A DNA stretch of 64,000 nt from Silvanigrellaceae bacterium (lineage in GTDB: Bacteria > Bdellovibrionota_B > Oligoflexia > Silvanigrellales > CANGWC01). A program made the position numbers and the translations under genes. Within the stretch, counting starts at the first letter, position 1. Every line of letters starts with the position of its first letter. Shown here in pieces: positions 28,074 through 36,491 of the stretch. The DNA is taken from positions 34,153-98,152 of the forward strand of contig CANGWC010000001.1 of NCBI GenBank assembly GCA_947457515.1, in the 5' to 3' direction. The notes under the pieces are model-generated. The model ran no database searches, had not been told where the DNA came from, and saw only the letters and a program-made list of their open reading frames with translations.

Positions 28074-29482
28074 TATTTATATTATTACTCTTATCTTGTG
28101 GAACTTCCTCTAAAACAAATAACAAGTCTTCTCTTAATTTAAATGATAACTCCTTACCCACTTCTATAAATGCTCGATTCTATTTAGCTAACTCTCAGAA
28201 ACGTATACTCTTACCAGATGGGTCTCATCACTGGGGTGATCATATTATCACAGGATTAGAATGCCATAATGAACCTGATTCTCTGACATCCTTGGTTTTA
28301 GTGCCTACTTTGGATGGTTCTTTAGAAAGCATACCCCTAAGAGAACGGACTCATCTTTATCAATTTCCTGTGATTGATAAAGATCTTCCTTTCCCAGCAT
28401 CTACCCCTGCATGTAAAATGGTGGGGGTAGGAGATGGAGAAAATCATATTCAGATTCCTCCTTCATACCAAAACAAGAGAGAAAAAACTTTTACTGACGA
28501 ATTTGTATTCTATCTCAAAATCACAGGTTTTGTATCTTCTATCATTAAATTTGTGATGTCTGTTATTGAGTTAAAAAACAATTCAGATATTTTACATTCT
28601 TTTTTCACGGATACTATACAAGGCCTACACCAAGATGGAGAAGTTATTTATTTTCCTTCTTACCAAAGAATTACTTTTGAACACGGATTTAATATTTTTA
28701 GCTACTCTGACATGGAGAAACTGTGGAAAAAGTATCCCACTTCTAGAGAAAATTTTCTCGATTTTATGAAGAGAATTTTAGAAGAGCCGCGTGCACAAGA
28801 AGCTAATGTTGCAGTGTTACTTATTGACTTCATGAACAGCAAAAAAGCCGATAGTAATATTAGCCTTTCTTATATTGATGCCACAGGAGAGGCTCTAACT
28901 GAGGAAAAAGTACAGGAGACCACACAAAAGCGTAAGAAATATGAACAAAATGTTTATGATTTTAGAGCACATATTTTTGAATCTCACCTAAAATTAACAA
29001 AAGGATTCAAATCTAACCCTAAACTTTTTATTGAATGGTTAGCTGGCTTAAATCATATTATTGAAGTTAATGGTTTGTCTCGATATAAATTAGGGAAGGC
29101 TTTCTTTACTATGCTCCCCTTCGTTTTCTTTATCACTCTTGGATCTTTTCTTATTTTTGGATTATCCTTGGAAGATAGAGATGCTATGTATAAATCATCA
29201 GCTTTATACAAGAAATATACCAATGCTTATAAACAGGCTTATGTAGCTGTTAAGAAAAACCCCAAACTTTGGAAGAGCTATTACGATGCTATTATGAAGG
29301 GTGATTTTATCACATCTTCAGCTATCATTAATCCACTTGTTATCATTTATTTTAATCATGAGCCGTTGTTTTTAGACTATAGTATGCATGACTATTTAAA
29401 CCTTTTAATTAATAAGCATCCTCTTATTTTTCGTGGTACAAGTAAGATGGATTTTGACTTTGTCGTAGATGGGATAAAATAA
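28070..29482 (+). CDS. Hypothetical lipoprotein-like plus late-TM protein, paralog B
   Basis: 470 aa with a lipobox-like MIFILLLLSCGTSS and a helix AFFTMLPFVFFITLGSFLIFGL near residue 345. The start overlaps paralog A's stop (ATGA). The stop is 2 nt before the pdhA ATG. Confidence 0.55.
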   Translation: MIFILLLLSCGTSSKTNNKSSLNLNDNSLPTSINARFYLANSQKRILLPDGSHHWGDHIITGLECHNEPDSLTSLVLVPTLDGSLESIPLRERTHLYQFPVIDKDLPFPASTPACKMVGVGDGENHIQIPPSYQNKREKTFTDEFVFYLKITGFVSSIIKFVMSVIELKNNSDILHSFFTDTIQGLHQDGEVIYFPSYQRITFEHGFNIFSYSDMEKLWKKYPTSRENFLDFMKRILEEPRAQEANVAVLLIDFMNSKKADSNISLSYIDATGEALTEEKVQETTQKRKKYEQNVYDFRAHIFESHLKLTKGFKSNPKLFIEWLAGLNHIIEVNGLSRYKLGKAFFTMLPFVFFITLGSFLIFGLSLEDRDAMYKSSALYKKYTNAYKQAYVAVKKNPKLWKSYYDAIMKGDFITSSAIINPLVIIYFNHEPLFLDYSMHDYLNLLINKHPLIFRGTSKMDFDFVVDGIK

Positions 29483-29484
29483 TT

Positions 29485-30450
29485 ATGAAAATAACAAAAC
29501 AGCAATGTATTGAATTTTATAAAGATATGCTTCTTTGTCGTAGGTTTGAGGAGAAAGTCTCCCAGCTTTATGTTCAGCAAAGATTTGGTGGATTTTGTCA
29601 TCTTTATATCGGACAAGAAGCTCTAGGCACTGGATGCCTTAACGCTATACGTAAAGGGAAAGATTACGTTATCAGTGGTTATAGAGACCACACACAACCA
29701 ATTACTCTTGGAATGGATCCGGGTGTTGTCCTTGCAGAACTTTTGGCAAAATCTACTGGATGTGCACAAGGCAAGGGTGGTTCTATGCACATGTTTTCCA
29801 AATCTCTAAGATACTTAGGAGGACATGGTATAGTTGGCGGTCAAGTTCCATTAGCTGCTGGTGTAGGTTGGAAAATAGCTTATGAGAAAGAAGATCTCGT
29901 TATTCTATGTTTCATAGGTGATGCTGCGATTAACCAAGGTCAATTTCATGAAGCGTTAAATATGTGTGCTATTTGGAAATTACCCGTAATTGTTATCATT
30001 GAAAATAATCTTTATGGAATGGGTACAGCAATATCCAGAACATGCACTCTATCTTCTCTTGCAGACAGAGCTAAAGGTTACAATATGAGGCAAGCGGTTA
30101 TAGATGGTAGAAATGTCCTTAATACTTATACTCAAATGTTAGAAATTGTAGAAGAAACAAGAAAAACATGTCAACCTATTTTGGTAGAAGCACAAACATA
30201 TCGATTAAGAGGACACTCTATGTCAGATCCCGGACACTACAGATCCAAAGAAGAAGTTGAAAACGAAAGAAACAATGATTGTCTTAAAATCCTGGAAAAT
30301 CATATGATATCTCAAAAAATAGCTCAATCTGAAGATATTGAATCTTGGGAAGACTGGGCAATATCAGAAGTCGAAAAAGCTGTGGAGTTTGCTTCAACTT
30401 CTCCTGAGCCTGAACTATCAGATCTTTATTCAAACGTTTTAGCACCATAG
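29485..30450 (+). CDS. pdhA: Pyruvate dehydrogenase E1 alpha subunit
   Basis: GFCHLYIGQEA, the TPP-binding GDAAINQGQFHEALNMCAIWKLPVIVIIENN, and YRLRGHSMSDP. Confidence 0.9.
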   Translation: MKITKQQCIEFYKDMLLCRRFEEKVSQLYVQQRFGGFCHLYIGQEALGTGCLNAIRKGKDYVISGYRDHTQPITLGMDPGVVLAELLAKSTGCAQGKGGSMHMFSKSLRYLGGHGIVGGQVPLAAGVGWKIAYEKEDLVILCFIGDAAINQGQFHEALNMCAIWKLPVIVIIENNLYGMGTAISRTCTLSSLADRAKGYNMRQAVIDGRNVLNTYTQMLEIVEETRKTCQPILVEAQTYRLRGHSMSDPGHYRSKEEVENERNNDCLKILENHMISQKIAQSEDIESWEDWAISEVEKAVEFASTSPEPELSDLYSNVLAP

Positions 30451-30460
30451 AAGGATACAC

Positions 30461-31444
30461 ATGGCTATTTTAACATTAAGAGATGCTTTAAATCAGGCAA
30501 TGACAGAAGAAATGATCAGAGATCCTAAGGTTTTCCTTATGGGAGAAGAAGTAGGAGAATATAATGGAGCCTATAAAGTTTCGAAAGGGATGCTGGAAAA
30601 ATTTGGACCAGAAAGAGTCGTAGACTCTCCCATTTCTGAAGCTGGATTTGCCGGCTTAGGGGTAGGTGCAGCAATGGTAGGACTAAGACCTATCATTGAA
30701 ATGATGACCTGGAACTTTGCGATTCAAGCTTTCGATCAAATCATAAATCATGCAGCTAAAATGTATTATATGTCCGCTGGACAATTTTCTGTTCCCATGG
30801 TCATCCGGGGGCCTCACGGAGCCGCACGTATGTTAGGTGCTCAACACAGTCAATGCGTTGATCATATGATTGTCAATATTCCCGGACTCATTGTGGTTTC
30901 AACAGTGATCCCTAAAGATGCCAAGGGTCTTTTAAAATCATCTATTAGAAATAATAACCCAGTCATGTTCTTAGAAAGTGAACTTCTTTATGGCTACGAA
31001 GGAGAGGTTCCTGATGAAGAATATCTTATCCCTTTAGGTAAAGGTGATATTAAACGTAAAGGTAAAGATATCACTCTTGTTACTTGGAATAAGATGCTCC
31101 TTCTCTCTCTAGATGTTGCACAAAAACTCTGGGAAACTGAAAATATTGATGTTGAGATTATCGATCTTATGACAATTCAACCTATTGACGAAGATCTTAT
31201 TTTTGAATCTGTTCGTAAGACTCATCGTTTACTTGTGGTAGAAGAAGGTTGGGGAGTCGCTTCCATAGGTTGTCATATTGTTGATAGAGTTGTTAAGGAA
31301 TGCTTTGACGATCTTGATGCTCCACCAGAAAGAGTTTTTAATCACTTTGTTCCTATGCCTTATAATAAAACTTTAGAAGCTGAAGTTTTACCGACAGAGG
31401 CCCGCGTGATTCAAAGTATTAAAAATCTTCTTTATATCTCTTAA
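30461..31444 (+). CDS. pdhB: Pyruvate dehydrogenase E1 beta subunit
   Basis: FLMGEEVGEYNGAYKVSKGMLEKFGPERVVDSPISEAGFAG is a typical E1-beta N-terminus. Confidence 0.9.
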   Translation: MAILTLRDALNQAMTEEMIRDPKVFLMGEEVGEYNGAYKVSKGMLEKFGPERVVDSPISEAGFAGLGVGAAMVGLRPIIEMMTWNFAIQAFDQIINHAAKMYYMSAGQFSVPMVIRGPHGAARMLGAQHSQCVDHMIVNIPGLIVVSTVIPKDAKGLLKSSIRNNNPVMFLESELLYGYEGEVPDEEYLIPLGKGDIKRKGKDITLVTWNKMLLLSLDVAQKLWETENIDVEIIDLMTIQPIDEDLIFESVRKTHRLLVVEEGWGVASIGCHIVDRVVKECFDDLDAPPERVFNHFVPMPYNKTLEAEVLPTEARVIQSIKNLLYIS

Positions 31445-31485
31445 ATGAAAATTGTATTATTTTCTCTTATTAAAAGGATTTTTCT

Positions 31486-32685
31486 ATGGCTATAGTTATG
31501 CAGATGCCTAAGCTTTCTGACACCATGAAACATGGAGTTGTTGCAAAGTGGCTCAAAAAAGAAGGCGATAAAGTTGTTTCTGGATCTCCTATTGTAGAAA
31601 TAGAAACCGATAAAGCTACAATGGAATTTGAATCTCCCTCTACAGGAATTCTCCTTAAGATTATTGTTAATGATACAGAATCTTGTGAACTTCAAGCTCC
31701 CATTGCTGTTATTGGTAAACAAAATGAATCTTGGGAGGATGCTCTTAAGAATTTTAACGTTCCTAAAAAGACAGAGACTGCTCCTTTAAAAATCAAAGAA
31801 TCAAGTCCTGTAGTCTCTTCTATAAAAACAGAAGTTTCTTCTTCAAGTGAATCTCAAAAAATTAAGCTTAGCCCTCTTGCAAGAAAACTTGCTAAAGAAA
31901 AAGGCATGGATATTGAGAAAATCCAAGGTTCTGGACCACAAGGAAGAATTGTTCTTAAAGATATTTTAGAACAAGAAAGCACTCCTTCTGAAATGATTCT
32001 CTCTGCTGTTTCATTAAGTCCTAATAAAATTCCTTTAACTTCTATGCGTCAAGCAATTGCAAGAAGACTTACTGAAAGTGTCGTTACCGCTCCTCATTTC
32101 TATTTAAAAGTCCGTATCAATATGGAAAACATCCTAAATTGGAGATCTAAAAATAAAAATGTTGCTTCTTTAAATGACATCATTCTTTTCATGACATCCC
32201 GTGCATTAACAAAACATAAAGATGTGAATTCATCCTGGCAGGGTGATCATATTATGCAATATTCTGATGTAAATCTTTGCATAGCTGTTGCTCTTCCTGC
32301 GGGTCTTGTGACCCCAGTCTTAAAACAAGCTCATCTTAAATCTCTTTCTCAAATTGCCAAAGAGAGTAAAGAACTGATTCTCAAAGCACAGACAAATAAG
32401 TTAACCTCTCAAGATCATCAAGGAGGTACATTTACTTTATCTAACTTAGGGATGATGGGAATAGATGATTTCACAGCAATTATTAATCCTCCTCAAGCAG
32501 CTATCCTTGCCATAGGACAACTTCAACCATTGCCCTTCTTTGATGGAGATGATGTCTCCTGGAAGAAAGGCATCACTTTAACCCTCAGCTGCGATCACCG
32601 TGTGATCGATGGAGCTATTGGTGCTCAATTTCTACAAACTTTAAAAACCTATTTTGAAGATCCTTTAAGCGCCCTTTTCCTCTAA
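31486..32685 (+). CDS. pdhC: Dihydrolipoamide acetyltransferase (E2), single lipoyl domain
   Basis: Lipoyl box VEIETDKATMEFES, E3-binding LSPLARKLAKEKGMDIEKIQGSGPQGRI, and catalytic SCDHRVIDGA. No E3 gene is adjacent. Confidence 0.9.
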   Translation: MAIVMQMPKLSDTMKHGVVAKWLKKEGDKVVSGSPIVEIETDKATMEFESPSTGILLKIIVNDTESCELQAPIAVIGKQNESWEDALKNFNVPKKTETAPLKIKESSPVVSSIKTEVSSSSESQKIKLSPLARKLAKEKGMDIEKIQGSGPQGRIVLKDILEQESTPSEMILSAVSLSPNKIPLTSMRQAIARRLTESVVTAPHFYLKVRINMENILNWRSKNKNVASLNDIILFMTSRALTKHKDVNSSWQGDHIMQYSDVNLCIAVALPAGLVTPVLKQAHLKSLSQIAKESKELILKAQTNKLTSQDHQGGTFTLSNLGMMGIDDFTAIINPPQAAILAIGQLQPLPFFDGDDVSWKKGITLTLSCDHRVIDGAIGAQFLQTLKTYFEDPLSALFL

Positions 32686-32702
32686 GATTTTCTTTCTCTA
32701 TT

Positions 32703-33464
32703 ATGACAACTCAACTCAGACTCAACGTATTCCTTCAAGAAGCAGGTGTGGCATCTCGCCGTAAATCCGATGAAATCATCGCAGAAGGCCGAGTGACCGT
32801 GAATGGTGAAGTGATCACTCAACTGGGAACTAAAATCCCAAGCAACGCTATTGTATGTGTCGATAAGAAAAAAATTACGTTATCTCACAAACCTTTAACA
32901 TGTCTTTTTTATAAGCCTAAAGGTTTTATCACATCTCGAAACGATCCTCAGGGCAGACCCATTATCTTTGATATACCTGCTCTCCAAAAGCTTCCACACA
33001 ATGTTCAATCTATTGGAAGATTAGACTTTCAAAGTGAAGGCCTCCTCATTCTCACTAATGATGGAGATCTTGCTTATAAACTGACTCATCCTAAATTCAG
33101 TTTACCTAAAGTCTACTATGTCCAAGTGGCTCAAATCGTAGAACCTGATAAACTTGCCCTCCTCCAAAAAGGCTTCATGCTAGAAGATGGCTTTGCAAAA
33201 CCCTATGAGATCAAAATTCTCAGGAAACAAAATCTAGGTCAATCCTATGGTCATCTTCTGAAGATCATCTTAACTGAAGGAAGAAATCGACTCATTCGCC
33301 GTATGATGCAACGGGTAGGGCTCACCGTTCTTCAACTCAAAAGAGTTGCTATTGGAGAGATCATTCTCCCTGCCCATTTGAAGCAAGGTAATATTAAGCC
33401 TGTGAATGAAAAAGAAAGCTTGTATTTACAAAAAATTAAGAAGTTTTCATCTCCTAAAAGCTAA
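32703..33464 (+). CDS. rluB: 23S rRNA pseudouridine synthase, RsuA/RluB family
   Basis: S4 domain (RLNVFLQEAGVASRRKSDEIIAEGRVTVNG) and the catalytic GRLDFQSEGLLILTNDG. Confidence 0.8.
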   Translation: MTTQLRLNVFLQEAGVASRRKSDEIIAEGRVTVNGEVITQLGTKIPSNAIVCVDKKKITLSHKPLTCLFYKPKGFITSRNDPQGRPIIFDIPALQKLPHNVQSIGRLDFQSEGLLILTNDGDLAYKLTHPKFSLPKVYYVQVAQIVEPDKLALLQKGFMLEDGFAKPYEIKILRKQNLGQSYGHLLKIILTEGRNRLIRRMMQRVGLTVLQLKRVAIGEIILPAHLKQGNIKPVNEKESLYLQKIKKFSSPKS

Positions 33465-33541
33465 TTTTTTAAAAAGTTCTTTTTTTCATGACTTTAAAAT
33501 GTTACTCGAGTAAATATATCTTTAAGGATTATTAAAAAATG
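33424..33541 (+). repeat. Copy 1 of the duplicated leader (rluB 3' end plus 5' UTR plus ATG)
   Basis: It aligns with 34412..34529 at a constant 988-nt offset. By hand count, 49 of the first 60 nt are identical, and the region around the SD/ATG is also conserved. Confidence 0.75.
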
Positions 33542-34282
33542 AGATACTTTCTAATAAAAACAATCTATTTATTTAGTTTACTGTGTATATTCAATCATTT
33601 AAATGCTGAACCGCCTACCATCCGTTCTCTTATTGCGTATCTAGAAGAAGGCTCTTCTTTTAGAAGCTTAGAATCTTTTTATTACCACTTTGATAATCCA
33701 ACAAATAGATACGGTTTTTCTGAACGATTAAAAAAAATTCTTTTCACTTCATTTCCACCAGTGTTTAAAGAAACTGAAGGTTATCGAGATGCTGATTGTT
33801 TAACGCCTTTAGCCGTAGAGATTTATACTTCATTATTTGATCAGTGCCTGCAAGGAAAATTATTTAATACTCAAGCTTGTTTTTCATTAAAATTAGGAGG
33901 CTTTAATTTCATTCTGCAAAGAAATCTTAGTAACCAAGAGGCTATATCAAAAATTCAAGAAAATTTTTTAAAACTTTCTCTCCCTAAAGACCTATTTATG
34001 GTAGAACTCCTAAGAATAATTAGTACTACTGAGTATAAATACCTATCACAAAACAGAGTTATCAATACTCTCAAGGATATTTTAGATAACCATTCTGACA
34101 GCATAGATCATGTAGTTAATGAAATTGCGACTCCTTTCTATGAAAGTAATGGCTATAATAGAGATCTGAGTTATTTATGCAGAATTATTTCAGAAATCAT
34201 CGAATACTATGGATACGAAAATGAAACATATAATGAATTTTCTCGGAATCAACCTAGTTTCTTATGGGGTCTTTCAAGTTAA
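33539..34282 (+). CDS. Hypothetical secreted protein, tandem paralog 1
   Basis: 247 aa with the signal peptide MRYFLIKTIYLFSLLCIFNHLNA. It shares N-terminal and EYKYLSQN-type motifs with the next gene. Confidence 0.55.
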   Translation: MRYFLIKTIYLFSLLCIFNHLNAEPPTIRSLIAYLEEGSSFRSLESFYYHFDNPTNRYGFSERLKKILFTSFPPVFKETEGYRDADCLTPLAVEIYTSLFDQCLQGKLFNTQACFSLKLGGFNFILQRNLSNQEAISKIQENFLKLSLPKDLFMVELLRIISTTEYKYLSQNRVINTLKDILDNHSDSIDHVVNEIATPFYESNGYNRDLSYLCRIISEIIEYYGYENETYNEFSRNQPSFLWGLSS

Positions 34283-34411
34283 GCAGTGGGGTTAGATTGA
34301 ACATCATGCCTCCTTATAATAGATACTACTAAGAAGCTTATATCTTTTTAATTTCATCTACATTCAGCAGATTGAACCAATTTAAAGTTGATAGTTAAAA
34401 AAGAGTCCTCC

Positions 34412-34529
34412 ATTTACAAAAGATTAAGAAGTTCTTATCTCCTAAGAGCTAACCTATTCAAAAAATCTTGTTATGCATAACTTATTGATGATATGGTAAA
34501 TAAATATATTTTAGGAATTATTAAATATG
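34412..34529 (+). repeat. Copy 2 of the duplicated leader, containing a relic of the last 13 codons of rluB
   Basis: The relic reads HLQKIKKFLSPKS-stop against LYLQKIKKFSSPKS-stop at the true rluB end. The spacing to the downstream ATG is identical. Confidence 0.75.
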
Positions 34530-35225
34530 CAGTTATTTTTAATAAAAACAACGTTTTTTTTAAGTTTTTTATTTGCTTTCATTCCTTCAAAAGCTGAAAC
34601 CTTAACTTTTACAATTCATCAACTGATTCAACACTTAGAATTTATATCTCCAACTCGTATAGAGTCTCTTATCGTGAGACTAGAAAATGAAGATATAGCT
34701 TTTGTACAGCAAGAGTTAGAGCAACTCTTTTTTATTCCAATAACTAAAAAACCATCCCTCGGGCAAAGATTAGGCGAAAAATTGAGGCTGTGGAAGTTAG
34801 GAGATAAAGATTTATCAGGAATTGGATTCGGCTTATTAGATAACTTAAATTTGCCAGAGGACTACCCTATAAAAATTTCCAGGAATAATTATGATCTTGT
34901 TTTTAAATCTAGAGAACTCCTAGTTAAAGGACTTCGAAATGTTATGGAATATGATGCATACAAATATTTAACTCAACAAACAGTTTTAAATGATATAAGA
35001 AAAATTAGGGAAAATTATGAGGAAGTAGATACAAATTCAATGATTTCTTCAATCATTTTGATCCCGAAAGTGGGGAAACAGAAACCATATAATGAACAAT
35101 TTTTATTTACATTAGCTCTTAATGTATCCAACATATTGGCCTCATACTACCCTGAAACTCATACTCCCTTTACTTATGATATAATGAAATATCTTTTTCC
35201 TGAAAATAGTTTGCCTTCACATTAG
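34527..35225 (+). CDS. Hypothetical secreted protein, tandem paralog 2
   Basis: 232 aa with the signal peptide MQLFLIKTTFFLSFLFAFIPSKA. AYKYLTQQTVLNDI corresponds to EYKYLSQNRVINTL in paralog 1. Confidence 0.55.
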   Translation: MQLFLIKTTFFLSFLFAFIPSKAETLTFTIHQLIQHLEFISPTRIESLIVRLENEDIAFVQQELEQLFFIPITKKPSLGQRLGEKLRLWKLGDKDLSGIGFGLLDNLNLPEDYPIKISRNNYDLVFKSRELLVKGLRNVMEYDAYKYLTQQTVLNDIRKIRENYEEVDTNSMISSIILIPKVGKQKPYNEQFLFTLALNVSNILASYYPETHTPFTYDIMKYLFPENSLPSH

Positions 35226-35318
35226 AAGAATAAAAACTGAAGATTTTCTGCATGAAAAACCATTGATTTGATTCGGCTTTATATCTCATTCAAATTTAAA
35301 ATGAGTTAATTAGATTTG

Positions 35319-36485
35319 TTAAAAAATTATTTTCTGAAGCTTTCCCCATAAAAACTTCTCTAATCTCTTTAATTGATGCTCTTCAAAATCTAAACCTAAA
35401 GATAACCGAATCGCATGCTTTGAAATCTCCTTAGGAATTCCCATAGCCTTAAGGACATGGGATTCTAATTGAACTCCACTGCTACACGCAGATCCTGCTG
35501 TTGCATAGATTTGAGACATATCCATTTCTAAAATGAGATCTTCTCCTCCTTTACAGGCAAAATAAAGAGTATTAGGAAGACATTCTTTTTGAGGGCTAAA
35601 CATATGAACATGTGGTTCTAAAAAACTCCAAAGATGATCTCTATATTCTCTGAGTTGAGAAATCTGTTGCCACCAAGAATCTTTTTGGAGTTCTTCATGA
35701 ATTAAAGAGAAACTGGCTATCCCTAAAAGATTTTCTGTTCCCGGTCTTCGATTTCTTTGTTGTGGCCCACCATAAAGAAGTGGATTTAAGATTTGATTGC
35801 CTGATGTTTTCTTACGAAGAAGGAGCGCTCCTATGCCTTGGACTCCTCCTATCTTATGAATAGAAAGAGATACTGAGTCATAGCCTAATGAAGTCCATTC
35901 AGTGAATGGGATTTTTCCATAGGCTTGAATGGCATCCACATGAAAATGAAGAGATCGAAGATGATCTTGAGTTAGGCCTTGTGGAACAAGGCTAGGATCT
36001 TCCCATCTTGCTTTATGTAAGAAATCACCAAATAATTTGGCTTCTTGAATCGCTCCTGTCTCATTATTAGCAATCATTAAAGTGATAAAATCTGTTTCAG
36101 GAGTGATAGCACTCTTCAGATCTTCACAGGTCACAATACCTAGAAGAGTTGGGTTAATGTAGTTGATGGGTCTTTTTAAGCTTTCAAGAGGCTTTAAAAT
36201 ACAGGGGTGTTCAATGGCTGATGAGATAGGATATTGAGGTTTTAGACCTAGGATCACTGTATTGTTAGCTTCCGTTCCACCAGATAAAAAAATCACTTCT
36301 TGGGGAAGAAATCCTAAACTTTGAGCCAGTGCTTTTTGAGTGGAATAGATAAGAGACTGTGCTTTACGGCCTTTGGCATGAAGGCTGGAAGGATTTCCAT
36401 AGGAACCTTTAAGGACTTTTTGGAGATGAACTAAGTGCTCATCGGAAGGTGGACTTGTTGCATTATGATCAAGATAAATTTCCAT
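35319..36485 (-). CDS. Cysteine desulfurase (class V aminotransferase, NifS/IscS-like)
   Basis: DHNATSP, GGTEANN, the PLP lysine in SLSIHKIGG, and the catalytic Cys loop ATAGSACSSG. Confidence 0.8.
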   Translation of the reverse strand: MEIYLDHNATSPPSDEHLVHLQKVLKGSYGNPSSLHAKGRKAQSLIYSTQKALAQSLGFLPQEVIFLSGGTEANNTVILGLKPQYPISSAIEHPCILKPLESLKRPINYINPTLLGIVTCEDLKSAITPETDFITLMIANNETGAIQEAKLFGDFLHKARWEDPSLVPQGLTQDHLRSLHFHVDAIQAYGKIPFTEWTSLGYDSVSLSIHKIGGVQGIGALLLRKKTSGNQILNPLLYGGPQQRNRRPGTENLLGIASFSLIHEELQKDSWWQQISQLREYRDHLWSFLEPHVHMFSPQKECLPNTLYFACKGGEDLILEMDMSQIYATAGSACSSGVQLESHVLKAMGIPKEISKHAIRLSLGLDFEEHQLKRLEKFLWGKLQKIIF

Positions 36486-36491
36486 GTTGTT

